From positions 457,237-521,236 of the forward strand of contig CAZVXT010000001.1 in NCBI GenBank assembly GCA_964631145.1: a stretch of 64,000 nucleotides of DNA, in the 5' to 3' direction. Below the pieces are notes generated by a model. That model saw nothing but the letters and a program-made list of their open reading frames with translations. It was not told where the DNA came from and did no database searches. Source of the DNA: an uncultured Candidatus Saccharibacteria bacterium (GTDB lineage Bacteria; Patescibacteriota; Doudnabacteria; UBA920). The position numbers and the translations under genes are program-made. Numbering within the stretch: the first letter of the stretch is position 1; the number at the start of each line of letters is the position of its first letter. Shown in pieces: positions 9,093 through 18,771 of the stretch.

Positions 9093-9500
9093 TTAAGCTT
9101 TAGTGTCTGGGGCAGATAAAACTTGATTTACCTTTTTTAAAATTTCTTCGGTGTCGTAGTACGCCTTCACCATATATGCTTGAACATTTAAAGCTTTAGT
9201 CTTGAGGATATCTTTATTGCTCCATAAGTTGCTAAGCACTATAATAGGAGTAGAGGCTATTTTTTTATCAGAATGGTGCCTAACTTGTTCTAGAACTTCA
9301 AACCCATCCATTTCAGGTAACATTAAGTCTAACAGTACCAAAGCTGGACCTTCTGAGATAATTTTTTCTAAACCTTCTTTTCCATCACCAGCTTGTACAA
9401 CTGTAAAGCCATTGTTAGATAGTTTATGTGCGACGATTTCTCGCATTGCAATCTCGTCTTCTACGATCAAGATTTTTTTATTTAAGTCTTGGGTTGCCAT
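9093..9500 (-). CDS. Single-domain response regulator (receiver only)
   Basis: KILIVEDE, LLDLMLPEMDG (phospho-acceptor Asp), PIIVLSN, YMVKA; no output domain. Confidence 0.93.
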   Translation of the reverse strand: MATQDLNKKILIVEDEIAMREIVAHKLSNNGFTVVQAGDGKEGLEKIISEGPALVLLDLMLPEMDGFEVLEQVRHHSDKKIASTPIIVLSNLWSNKDILKTKALNVQAYMVKAYYDTEEILKKVNQVLSAPDTKA

Positions 9501-9533
9501 CTCTTTTTCAATTAATTGTATTATAACATAGGA

Positions 9534-11075
9534 ATGTCAAAAGTAATTGAGTTGAACGGTAAAGATCTTACTATTTCTCAAATAGTTCAAATAATTTCAA
9601 ACAAAAATCAAAAAATAACTATTGCTACCAAATCTAAAAACATCATTGATGCTTCTTTTGCGTTTGTCCAAAAAAGTTTAACTAAAAATGTTATCTACGG
9701 GGTAAACACAGGTTTTGGACCTATGGCGTCCCATATTTTACCAAAGGATAAGCTAATAGAATTACAATATAATCTGATTCGTAGTCATGCTACAGGCATG
9801 GGTAAGCCATTAGATCAGGATGTAGTGCTAGCAGCAATGATTGTGCGTTTAAATACTTTAGTGAAAGGTTTTTCTGGAGTCTCTATAGAATTACTAAAGA
9901 CTTTAGAGAAATTTATCAATGCTAGGATTATTCCATTTGTACCAGAGCATGGCGCTGTAGGGACTAGTGGTGATTTAATTCAATTAGCTCATATCGCATT
10001 AACTTTGATAGGGGAGGGTCAAGTTTGGTATGAGGGTAAGATCCAATCTACAGATAAAGTATTGCTTAAACTAAAAATAAAGCCTCATAAATTATTTCCT
10101 AAAGAAGGGTTATCTTTGATTAATGGTACTTCTGTAATGGCTGGTGGGGCAGCATTGGTTTGTAATGATGCTAATAAGTTAATACAGAGCTCAATTTTGA
10201 ACGGAGCTGAGTCTTTAGAGATTGTAAATTCGTATAGCGATAGCTTTGATGAAGTTCTTCATCAGCTTCGTCCTCAGCAAGGGCAATCGCAGGTTGCACA
10301 AACTTTGCGTAGTTTATTAAAAGATTCCAAACTAATTAGGCAAAGAGAAAGCTTAACTTACCAAGATAGTTTTAACCAAGGTGTTACTAAAATTGACGAT
10401 AGGGTACAAGAAGTATATTCACTTCGCTGTATACCTCAGATTGTTGGTCCCATATTAGATACTTTGCAAAAGGCAGAAAAAGTTGTAGAAGTTGAATTGA
10501 ATTCTACAACAGATAACCCTATTGTGGATGTTAAAAATAAAAGATTTTTGCATGGTGGAAATTTCCATGGGGACTATATTGCTGTGGCTATTGATCAATT
10601 AAAAGCTTCTTTGGTTAAATTGTCAATGCTATCTGAAAGAAGAATTAATTTCTTTTTAAATCAGAATATAAATAAGATTTACCCACCATTTTTAAATTTG
10701 GATACGCCGGGCTTAACATTGGCTTTGCAGGGTTTGCAGTTTGTAGCTACATCTACTACTGCTGATAATCAGTCTTTGGCTTTTCCGCATTCAGTTCATA
10801 GTATTAGTACAAACGCTGATAATCAAGATGTTGTAAGTATGGGCACTGATGCAATGTTATTTGCAAGACAAGTAGTAGAAAATTGCTACATTGTTACTGC
10901 AATTGAAAATGTTGTTCTTACTCAAGCTGTTGATGTTTTGAATTTTTCAAATAAGCTATCCAGCTCCACTAAGCAAAATTACAAAGCAGTTCGCAAGGTT
11001 TTTCCAGTTGTTATATCAGACAAACCTTTATTTAGCCTTTTGCCAAAAGTCATTGATTTATTAAAGCATGAATAA
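9534..11075 (+). CDS. MIO-dependent aromatic amino acid ammonia-lyase (tyrosine ammonia-lyase-like, HAL/PAL/TAL family)
   Basis: YGVNTGFGPMA, LQYNLIRSH, MIO triad in GTSGDL, KEGLSLINGTS, QEVYSLRCIPQ, DNP, HGGNFHG, NQDVVSMG; start set at ATG 9534. Confidence 0.92.
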   Translation: MSKVIELNGKDLTISQIVQIISNKNQKITIATKSKNIIDASFAFVQKSLTKNVIYGVNTGFGPMASHILPKDKLIELQYNLIRSHATGMGKPLDQDVVLAAMIVRLNTLVKGFSGVSIELLKTLEKFINARIIPFVPEHGAVGTSGDLIQLAHIALTLIGEGQVWYEGKIQSTDKVLLKLKIKPHKLFPKEGLSLINGTSVMAGGAALVCNDANKLIQSSILNGAESLEIVNSYSDSFDEVLHQLRPQQGQSQVAQTLRSLLKDSKLIRQRESLTYQDSFNQGVTKIDDRVQEVYSLRCIPQIVGPILDTLQKAEKVVEVELNSTTDNPIVDVKNKRFLHGGNFHGDYIAVAIDQLKASLVKLSMLSERRINFFLNQNINKIYPPFLNLDTPGLTLALQGLQFVATSTTADNQSLAFPHSVHSISTNADNQDVVSMGTDAMLFARQVVENCYIVTAIENVVLTQAVDVLNFSNKLSSSTKQNYKAVRKVFPVVISDKPLFSLLPKVIDLLKHE

Positions 11076-12591
11076 TGATAATTTTAATTGGTTAGACAAA
11101 CAGTTTGATTACAAGAAGCATCTGGCAATTGAAAATCGTATTAACCAATTTGAATATAAGCAATACCAAAAAACCTTCCAATCTGTAAGCTCAGAAGAAA
11201 TAGAAAAGCATAGCTTTAAAAGAGCTTTATCATTTTTTAAGTACGTAAGTAAGAATGTGCCTGCCTATAAGGATTTTTTGAAAAAGAATAAAATAGATCC
11301 TGAAAAAATACAAAATCAAAATGATTTTAATCTAATTCCATGGACAGACAAAGAAAATTATATTTCTAAATATAGTTTAGAGGATAGAAGCTTTGGCGGA
11401 GGTAACTTAAAAAATAATTTAATAGCCATAAGTTCTGGCACCACAGGCAATCCAACCTTATGGGCTCGCAGTGCATACCAAGAGTATGAGGCTTTTGTTT
11501 TTCATCAAAAATTGTTTATTGATCAATTTGAAGTTCATAAAAAAACAACTTTAGTTTTGATTGGCTTTCCAATGGGTGTGTATGTTTCGGGGATAGCGAC
11601 ATTATTGCCTACTTGGCTATTAACCCAAAAATACCCAGGACTATCAGTGGTTAGTGTGGGAAATAACAAAGCTGATATGCTGAAGGCAATGGAGCAGCTA
11701 AGTTATTCTTATGATCAGACTATTTTGGTTGGACATCCATTTTTTTTGAAAGATGTTATAGAAACTGCCACCGCTAGAAAAATAAAGCTAGACAAATTTA
11801 ACATTAGCTTAATGTTTTGCAGTGAGGGGTTCTCTGAAGATTGGCGAGAGTATGTTTCATCTGTTTTAAATCCTAAAGGCAAGGTAAAAGCAATTAATAC
11901 CTACGGCTCATCAGAATTTTTATTAATGGCTAATGAAAATCAGAGGACCATTGATTTTAGAAAGGCTGTTAATGGCACAGCTCTTGGTGACAAGCTTTTT
12001 GGTAGTCGTAACGTGCCAAGTTTATTTGAATACAATCCTTATCATAGATATTTGCAAGAAAGCAGTAATGGGGAAATTCTTTGTACAGCAGTTAGTGGTG
12101 TTCCTCTTATAAGATATAATATGCACGATGCTGGAAAAATTATTTCTGCCCAACAGTTTAATTTGTATAGCAGGCAGTTAAATTTGAAACCGACGAAATC
12201 AAATTTACCTATAGTGGTTTTGCAAGGTAGGAGCGATTATGGTGCTGTTTTTTATGCGGCGAATATTTATCCTAATAATATCCATGCTGCATTACAACAC
12301 GATAAGTTATTTAAAAAATTAACAGGTAAGTTTTCATTAGAAAAAAAATATAAAAATAATATGGATGAAGATTTGGTCATTCATATAGAATTGCAAGACA
12401 AAGCCTTAGCAAATAAAGACCTTCTAAAATTTATTAAAGATAATGTAATAAAAACTTTATCATCTTTAAATTTAGAGTATCAATTTTTGCAAAAGAATTT
12501 GGATAAAAACATTGATCCTAAAATAAAACTCCATGCTTATCAACACCCCAAATATTTTAAGCCGGGATTAAAACCAAGATACATTGTATAA
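11068..12591 (+). CDS. Phenylacetate-CoA ligase (PaaK)-like adenylate-forming enzyme
   Basis: VPAYKDFL, SSGTTG (A3), YGSSE (A5), PLIRYNMHD (A7), GRSD, ANIYP, C-terminal KPR; overlaps the lyase stop codon. Confidence 0.88.
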   Translation: MNNDNFNWLDKQFDYKKHLAIENRINQFEYKQYQKTFQSVSSEEIEKHSFKRALSFFKYVSKNVPAYKDFLKKNKIDPEKIQNQNDFNLIPWTDKENYISKYSLEDRSFGGGNLKNNLIAISSGTTGNPTLWARSAYQEYEAFVFHQKLFIDQFEVHKKTTLVLIGFPMGVYVSGIATLLPTWLLTQKYPGLSVVSVGNNKADMLKAMEQLSYSYDQTILVGHPFFLKDVIETATARKIKLDKFNISLMFCSEGFSEDWREYVSSVLNPKGKVKAINTYGSSEFLLMANENQRTIDFRKAVNGTALGDKLFGSRNVPSLFEYNPYHRYLQESSNGEILCTAVSGVPLIRYNMHDAGKIISAQQFNLYSRQLNLKPTKSNLPIVVLQGRSDYGAVFYAANIYPNNIHAALQHDKLFKKLTGKFSLEKKYKNNMDEDLVIHIELQDKALANKDLLKFIKDNVIKTLSSLNLEYQFLQKNLDKNIDPKIKLHAYQHPKYFKPGLKPRYIV

Positions 12592-12598
12592 TATAAAT

Positions 12599-13795
12599 AT
12601 GATAAAAACTCCCAAGTGGTTAAAAGTTGCTGATATAAATACAAAACCTGTTGTTCAAATTTTTGATTTGCAAAAATTATATAACCAAAGCAAAATTGAA
12701 GAGATTATAAAAATAAATAAACCACATATCATTGATACATATACAGAGCAGTTAGAAGACTTGTATTTGGTTAGGCATCCATTTTTAAAAACACAACCCG
12801 ATAAAGCGCATCTAGAATTATCAGAACATATAGGGCAAATTTCTAAAAATCCATTATGGATGCAAGGCAGTTGGATTTTTTTACCGTGGAGTAATAGTTT
12901 GATTCATTTGTTATCAAATACAGATTATTATGAGTTGCGCACTTCAAGAAATAAAAATTTAATTACAAGTTTGGAGCAAAATAAAATTAAAAAATCTAAA
13001 ATCGGAATTGCCGGTTTGAGCGTTGGTAATGCTGCCGCCGTAGGTGCCGCTTTAGAAGGCTTTCAAAATATTAGAATTGCTGATTTTGATAATTTAGCTG
13101 TAGTAAATTTAAATCGCATTCGAGCTGGTATTACAGATTTGACTGTTAATAAAAGCTATATTACCGCAAAGCAGATTTATGAAGTTGATCCATACGCAAA
13201 AGTTGATATTTATCATCAAGGTTTGAATGGTAATAAGCTAGAGCAGTTTATTAAGGATTTGGATGTTATGATTGATGAGATTGATGATGTGGAAGTAAAA
13301 ATTAAGCTTAGACAATTAGCTCAAAAATATAAAATTCCGGTAATTTCTGCTGCTGATAATGGCGATGGGGTTATTGTAGATATACAAAGATTTGATCTTA
13401 ATAATAAATATCCAATTTATCATGGAGACTTACACGAAACCAAACTTGATAGTATAGCCAAAATGGGATTTGGATCAAAGATAAAATTAATTAATGAAAT
13501 GGTGGGTATAGAGTACGTGACCGATAGGATGAAACAATCTTTGCTTGAAGTAGGGAAGAGTTTATATTCTTGGCCTCAGCTTGGCGGTGCTGCAATGATA
13601 ACTGGCGGGGTCTTGGCTTATTTAGCAAAAGGAATTGTGCTTGGGCATGATTTGCAAAGTGGTAAGTATGATTTTAACCCTGACTCAGTATTTATAAAAG
13701 CATTTAATTCTGCCAAGCAAAAAGCCCAGCGTAGAGCTGGTACAAAGAAGTTTTTGAAAACTCAATCAGAAATTTTTAATTTTAAAGTAATTTGA
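12599..13795 (+). CDS. Rv1355c-like ThiF-family adenylyltransferase
   Basis: WIFLPW..LIHLL, LRTSRNKNLIT..EQ, IGIAGLSVG, IADFD.L...NLNRI, K..IYEVDPY, DEID..K..LR, SWPQL; no CxxC Zn motifs. Confidence 0.88.
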   Translation: MIKTPKWLKVADINTKPVVQIFDLQKLYNQSKIEEIIKINKPHIIDTYTEQLEDLYLVRHPFLKTQPDKAHLELSEHIGQISKNPLWMQGSWIFLPWSNSLIHLLSNTDYYELRTSRNKNLITSLEQNKIKKSKIGIAGLSVGNAAAVGAALEGFQNIRIADFDNLAVVNLNRIRAGITDLTVNKSYITAKQIYEVDPYAKVDIYHQGLNGNKLEQFIKDLDVMIDEIDDVEVKIKLRQLAQKYKIPVISAADNGDGVIVDIQRFDLNNKYPIYHGDLHETKLDSIAKMGFGSKIKLINEMVGIEYVTDRMKQSLLEVGKSLYSWPQLGGAAMITGGVLAYLAKGIVLGHDLQSGKYDFNPDSVFIKAFNSAKQKAQRRAGTKKFLKTQSEIFNFKVI

Positions 13796-14847
13796 TGATA
13801 CAAAAAGAGGTTTTAGTAAAAATTATTACAGCGGGTGGACACGCTCCTTCAGGCGATAACTGCCAGCCATGGTCTGTTCGTTTGTATGACGATGGTTTTG
13901 CTCTATACAACTTACCTGATAGAGATAACTCTTTGTATAGTTTTGGGCAACGGGCTTCTATGGTTGCTTTAGGGGCTTTTATAGAAAACTGCCTTATTAA
14001 GGCAGCTGATTTGGGTTATAAAACAGATATTAAATATTTCCCTGATGGTGAAGACAGTGATTTGGTGGCTTATTTAAATTTTGAGATAAATAACGAAAGC
14101 TACGGAAACGATTTGGCTAGATTTATAGAGCAAAGAATAACAAATCGTAAAATGTATCTAGGGCAATTAGTCGAACCTCTAAAAGTTGACAAACTTTTAC
14201 AAACTAGCGATTCATTAAAGTTGGTTAGTGAGAAGTCTATGATTAATCAGCTTGGACAAATCGCTAGTATCAATGAGAGGATTTTATTTGAAAATCAGCA
14301 GATGCATAGTTTTTTTTATAACCATATAAATTGGACCGAGGAAGAAGATATAAATAAAAAAATTGGCTTTTATTTACCGACCTTAGAAATTCCTAAAAAT
14401 AAGCAATCGGGCTTTAAGTTATTTAAGCATTGGTTGGTGTGTAAAACCTTGAATGTGTTACTAGGTTTTTCTAAGATATTAGCTAAAGAAAATTCTAAGG
14501 TATATGGCTCTGCTTCAGCAATGGGTATTATTACCATTAAAGATTATAGTAAGCTTGGGTATATTAAAGCAGGACAAGAATTTCAGCGAGTTTGGCTACA
14601 AGCGACAGAACTTGGTTTAAGCTTTCAGCCTTTAACAGGAGTGCCATTTTTAAAGCTACGAATCGATAATAATAAAGCAGGAGAGTTAAGCCTTACACAT
14701 CAAAAATTAGTTAACGATGCTTATTTATCGATACAAAAAATTTTTGAGACTAATGATAGGGTGGCGATGATGTTTCGTTTAGGTTACGCAGACTCGCCAT
14801 CCGCACATTCTCGTCGTTTTAATGTTTTAGATATAATTCAGTCATAA
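13795..14847 (+). CDS. Nitroreductase-fold FMN-dependent oxidoreductase
   Basis: APSGDNCQPW, RITNRK, AGQEFQRVWLQAT..GLSFQP, FRLGYA..P...SRR; TGATG coupling to the ThiF gene. Confidence 0.88.
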   Translation: MIQKEVLVKIITAGGHAPSGDNCQPWSVRLYDDGFALYNLPDRDNSLYSFGQRASMVALGAFIENCLIKAADLGYKTDIKYFPDGEDSDLVAYLNFEINNESYGNDLARFIEQRITNRKMYLGQLVEPLKVDKLLQTSDSLKLVSEKSMINQLGQIASINERILFENQQMHSFFYNHINWTEEEDINKKIGFYLPTLEIPKNKQSGFKLFKHWLVCKTLNVLLGFSKILAKENSKVYGSASAMGIITIKDYSKLGYIKAGQEFQRVWLQATELGLSFQPLTGVPFLKLRIDNNKAGELSLTHQKLVNDAYLSIQKIFETNDRVAMMFRLGYADSPSAHSRRFNVLDIIQS

Positions 14848-14848
14848 A

Positions 14849-16513
14849 ATGGGTATAGATTTTGGAACATTTGCAAATATTGATTTATTAATCATTGGTA
14901 TTGCGATTGCGGGTATCGCTATTTTATCAATGGTTGTGTACTTAAATAATAGAAGAAGTATTACCGCTAAGTCCTTCTTGTTTTTTGCATTGATGACAAT
15001 CGCATATGGTGTTATAAATTTTTCTTCTAGCAAATTCATAGATCATGATCTTGCATTGTGGAGTTTACGTTTAACTTTATTTAGCGCAGTATGGCATGCA
15101 TTTTCTTTGTATCAGTTATTTGTGGTGTTTCCTTTGGAGCAAACGAGTTATGATTGGAAATACAAGTATATAGCTGTTCCCGCTACTATTATTGCTTCTC
15201 TTTTAACTTTAACACCATTAGTATTCTCTGGGATTAGTCAAGAGATTGCTTTTGGGCAAGTAGCAAATCCAGAAAAAGGCCCTGGTATTGCACTATTCGG
15301 TTTAGTCGCATTTGGTTTGGTATTCTCGGCTTTGTATGTGCTGATAAATAAGGTTAGAAATTCTCAAAGTTTAGAAAAGAAACAGTTAAGCACTGTCTTA
15401 ACTGGCACAATTTTTACTATGATGTTAATTTTTGTGTTTAACTTTGTCTTGCCAGTTTTTTATAATAATACTCGTTATGTACCGCTAGCACCTCTTTATA
15501 TCCTACCGTTCATAGCTTTCACGACTTACGCTATAGTTAGACACAAACTATTGGATATTAAAATAGTTGGAACAGAAATTTTAGTATTTGTCCTAGCGGT
15601 TACATCTTTAATCGAAGTTATTATTTCACAAAATTTTGGCGTTTTGTTTTTTAGAAGCAGTGTATTTTTACTAGTTTTGGGAGTAGGTGGTTTGTTGGTT
15701 AGCAGTGTGTTTAAGGAAGTTAAACAGAGACAAGAGTTGGAGATTTTGAGTACAGATTTAGCCAAGGCAAACGAAAAACTAAAATCTTTGGATAAAGCAA
15801 GGGCAGAATTTATCTCAATCGCTAGTCATCAACTAAGAACACCTCCAGCTACAATTAAATGGTATATGTCAGCAATTTTATCTGGCGACTTTGGTAAAAT
15901 ACTCCCAGAAACTTTACCAGCATTGCAAACAGTACAAGTAACTAATGATGCTCAGATTTCTACTATTGATGACTTGCTTAATGCTTCCAGGATTGAGCGA
16001 GGTAAGCTGGAATTCTTTTTTCAACCAGGCGTGATCGAGCCAATAGTACAAAATCTGGTTAATCAATTACAACCTTTGGCACAAATGAAAAAGTTGCGCA
16101 TTAATTATCAGCCACCAAAGACCACAATACCAGAGTTTATTATGGATCAGGAGAAGATTCGCCAGGTAATAAATAATATGATTGATAATGCTATTAAATA
16201 CACTAAACAAGGGGATATTGATGTAAAATTGGTTCGAAATAGAGACGGGGTTACGCTTAGTGTTTCTGACCAGGGCAAAGGTATTAGACAAGAGGATGTG
16301 AAGAAGTTATTTGCTAAATACTCCAGAGGACAAGATTCTGCTACTCAAGCAACTGGGCTAGGTTTGGGGATGTATGTTGCTAAGGTTATAGTAGAGCAAC
16401 ATAATGGAAAGATTTGGGCAGAGAGTGCGGGGCTCGATAAAGGTTCTACTTTTTCTTTCTTTATTCCATCAAAGAATAATTTAAAAGCAACTACTTTTGA
16501 TTTAACTAAGTAG
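14849..16513 (+). CDS. Membrane sensor histidine kinase with N-terminal 7TM (HisKA_7TM-like) domain
   Basis: About 290 aa multi-TM N-terminus (YAIVRHKLLDI); H-box ASHQLRTP, N-box NMIDNAIKYT, G1 DQGKGI, G2 GLGLGM. Confidence 0.92.
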   Translation: MGIDFGTFANIDLLIIGIAIAGIAILSMVVYLNNRRSITAKSFLFFALMTIAYGVINFSSSKFIDHDLALWSLRLTLFSAVWHAFSLYQLFVVFPLEQTSYDWKYKYIAVPATIIASLLTLTPLVFSGISQEIAFGQVANPEKGPGIALFGLVAFGLVFSALYVLINKVRNSQSLEKKQLSTVLTGTIFTMMLIFVFNFVLPVFYNNTRYVPLAPLYILPFIAFTTYAIVRHKLLDIKIVGTEILVFVLAVTSLIEVIISQNFGVLFFRSSVFLLVLGVGGLLVSSVFKEVKQRQELEILSTDLAKANEKLKSLDKARAEFISIASHQLRTPPATIKWYMSAILSGDFGKILPETLPALQTVQVTNDAQISTIDDLLNASRIERGKLEFFFQPGVIEPIVQNLVNQLQPLAQMKKLRINYQPPKTTIPEFIMDQEKIRQVINNMIDNAIKYTKQGDIDVKLVRNRDGVTLSVSDQGKGIRQEDVKKLFAKYSRGQDSATQATGLGLGMYVAKVIVEQHNGKIWAESAGLDKGSTFSFFIPSKNNLKATTFDLTK

Positions 16514-16572
16514 GCTTAGTGTGGTATAATACATAGGTAAGAGTAATTTGACCGCTTGAAATAATTTGGCGA

Positions 16573-17022
16573 ATGCAAATTATGATCATAAACAAACAAA
16601 TCGAAATCAAAACTCAAAAACAGTTTGAATTAGTTGATATTACTCAGCTTATAAATGCAGAAGTTACTTCTAGCAATGTTAAAGATGGTTTGGTTAGTAT
16701 TTTTTGTCCTCATACCACTGCGGCAATTAGGCTAAATCATAATGAACCATTGCTAATACAGGATATTATGCATATGATTTATCGATTGGTTCCTATCGAC
16801 CAAAATTACAATCACGATTTGTTTGAGCTTCGTAGCGGAGTTGATGTAAATGAAAGAACTAATGGCCACGCTCATGTAAAAGCATTTTTACTTGGATCTT
16901 CATCGGAATCGGTTCCTATAAAAGATGGCAAGCTTATTTTAGGAGACAGGCAAAGTGTGTTTTTTGTTGAGCTCGATGGCGGGAGAGATAGAAATTTTAA
17001 TATTACCATTATTGGAGAATAA
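16573..17022 (+). CDS. yjbQ: YjbQ/UPF0047 family protein
   Basis: DIT, G.V.IFCPHTTAAI, NGHAHVKA.LLG, LG..Q.VFFVELDG.R.R. Confidence 0.9.
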   Translation: MQIMIINKQIEIKTQKQFELVDITQLINAEVTSSNVKDGLVSIFCPHTTAAIRLNHNEPLLIQDIMHMIYRLVPIDQNYNHDLFELRSGVDVNERTNGHAHVKAFLLGSSSESVPIKDGKLILGDRQSVFFVELDGGRDRNFNITIIGE

Positions 17023-17105
17023 CGATTTTTGTCGTTATTTTTTTATTATTTATTAAAGCCATACTTGGTCGATGGTTGGTTAAAACAAATTAAGAAAGGA
17101 AATTT

Positions 17106-17798
17106 ATGAATTATTATGATAGTTATCCTGATGTCGTAAAAGGTTCTGTAGTAACTCTTTATGACCGGGTTATTCAATTTTTACCAAATATATTTGCTGC
17201 GCTAATTGTATTATTAGTGGGGTGGGTAATTGGTATATTCTTGGGAAATTTATTTAAAAAAGCCTTAGAATCTATTGGCATTGATGGTTTAGGCGATCAG
17301 GTTGGTTTGAAAAGGCTATCCGAACGCAGTGGTCGCCATATTAAGATATCTAGTATTGTTCAATGGATTATAAAGTGGTTCTTTATACTTGCAAGTATTA
17401 TTGCTGCCGCTGATATTTTGAATTTAAATACAGTAACTAACTTCTTTTATCAAGATGTTTTGGGATATGCTGGGCATGTTGTAATTGCAGTAATTATTTT
17501 GTTATTGGGTATGCTTGCTGCAAACTTTTTGGGTGATATTGTTGAGGGGACAGTTAAGGCTGGTGGTTTTGAAGGGTCTGGGGTTTTAAGTTCTATTACT
17601 CGTTGGTCTATTACTGTTTTTGCAGTTATTGCTGCATTATCAGAATTGCAAATCGCCCAAAGCTTTTTAGCTGATTTATTTAGAGCTGTGATTGCTATGT
17701 TGGCAATTGCAGGAGGTTTGGCATTTGGACTTGGTGGCAAAGATCATGCCCGCAAAGTTCTCGATTATATAGAAAATATTATCTCTCGCCGAAATTAA
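17106..17798 (+). CDS. TM-helix-repeat membrane protein (CmpX / small mechanosensitive channel-like)
   Basis: FLPNIFAALIVLLVGW, repeated TM helices, GLAFGLGGKD.A. Confidence 0.8.
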   Translation: MNYYDSYPDVVKGSVVTLYDRVIQFLPNIFAALIVLLVGWVIGIFLGNLFKKALESIGIDGLGDQVGLKRLSERSGRHIKISSIVQWIIKWFFILASIIAAADILNLNTVTNFFYQDVLGYAGHVVIAVIILLLGMLAANFLGDIVEGTVKAGGFEGSGVLSSITRWSITVFAVIAALSELQIAQSFLADLFRAVIAMLAIAGGLAFGLGGKDHARKVLDYIENIISRRN

Positions 17799-17816
17799 AA
17801 AATAAAATAAACTAAG

Positions 17817-17846
17817 AGCCGCTGCAAATTTTGCAGCGGTTTTTTT
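17817..17846 (+). terminator. Rho-independent terminator
   Basis: GCCGCTGCAAA-T-TTTGCAGCGGT followed by a T tract. Confidence 0.8.
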
Positions 17847-17880
17847 CTGACACATATTGTTGATTTGCTATAATAACTAC

Positions 17881-18771
17881 ATGTTTAAAAAGATAATAAT
17901 AGTGTTAGCTTTATTGATATTAGCTGGATTTGCTTTGGCTGGAATGTGGGAGTATCGTCAATATAAAAACAGACTGGCAGAAAGACAAGCAAGATTAGCA
18001 AAACAATCTGAAGAAGTAAAAGTTGTAATTAAAGAAGGGGAGACTTTGCAAGAGATAGCTGAACAGTTTGATGAGTTGGGGATGTTTGATGCTGATAATT
18101 TTATCCGAGCTGCAAAAAACTTTGATATCAGTCAATACAATTTAATTGCTAAACCTAAATCATCAAACGGTTTAGAGGGTTATTTATTTCCAGACACATA
18201 TCGATTTTCTAAAAATTCCACTGCAGAAGAAGTTATTGGTAAGATGTTAGATAATTTTGATTATAGATTAAGGAGTATAGGAATTAAAACTTCTGATAAT
18301 CAAATAATCCCTGGATACGATAAGTTAACTTTAGCTGGAAGCTCTGAAGCTGGCTTAAATTTATATCAAATTCTAACTTTAGCTTCCATTGTAGAGCAGG
18401 AAAGTGGTGGTAAAGGGTCAGCATCAGGAGATATGAGTTTAGAGGAAGAAAGAGCTTTGGTTGCAGGAGTGTTTTATAATAGACTTACGATAGGGCAAGC
18501 CTTGGAAAGCGATGCGACCATCAATTATATAACTGGTAAAAATGCTCCATCTTCTAGCTTAGATGATTTACAGACAAAGTCGGCTTATAACACATATAAA
18601 AATGCTGGTCTTCCTCCTGGTCCAATTGGTAATCCTTCTTTAGGTAGCATAGAGGCGGTATTAAAACCTATAAAATCGGATTATTTTTACTTCTTACATT
18701 ATCAACCATCTGGAAAAGTAGATTTTAGCAAAACATTTAGCGAGCATGTAAAAAAGAAAACAGCACTTTAG
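17881..18771 (+). CDS. mltG: Endolytic transglycosylase MltG
   Basis: N-terminal TM; LEGYLFPDTY, LASIVEQE, VFYNRL, YNTY...GLPPGPIGNP, YFYF. Confidence 0.93.
   Translation: MFKKIIIVLALLILAGFALAGMWEYRQYKNRLAERQARLAKQSEEVKVVIKEGETLQEIAEQFDELGMFDADNFIRAAKNFDISQYNLIAKPKSSNGLEGYLFPDTYRFSKNSTAEEVIGKMLDNFDYRLRSIGIKTSDNQIIPGYDKLTLAGSSEAGLNLYQILTLASIVEQESGGKGSASGDMSLEEERALVAGVFYNRLTIGQALESDATINYITGKNAPSSSLDDLQTKSAYNTYKNAGLPPGPIGNPSLGSIEAVLKPIKSDYFYFLHYQPSGKVDFSKTFSEHVKKKTAL

Noticed and set aside
9534-11075. Histidine utilisation (hutH) call
   Set aside because: No hutU, hutI or hutG; operon context with the ligase, ThiF and nitroreductase plus TAL-like motifs favours a biosynthetic role.
12599-14847. 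RiPP (microcin C or azole-peptide) or molybdopterin/thiamine biosynthesis
   Set aside because: No precursor peptide, YcaO, exporter, ThiS/MoaD or Zn-binding CxxC motifs seen.
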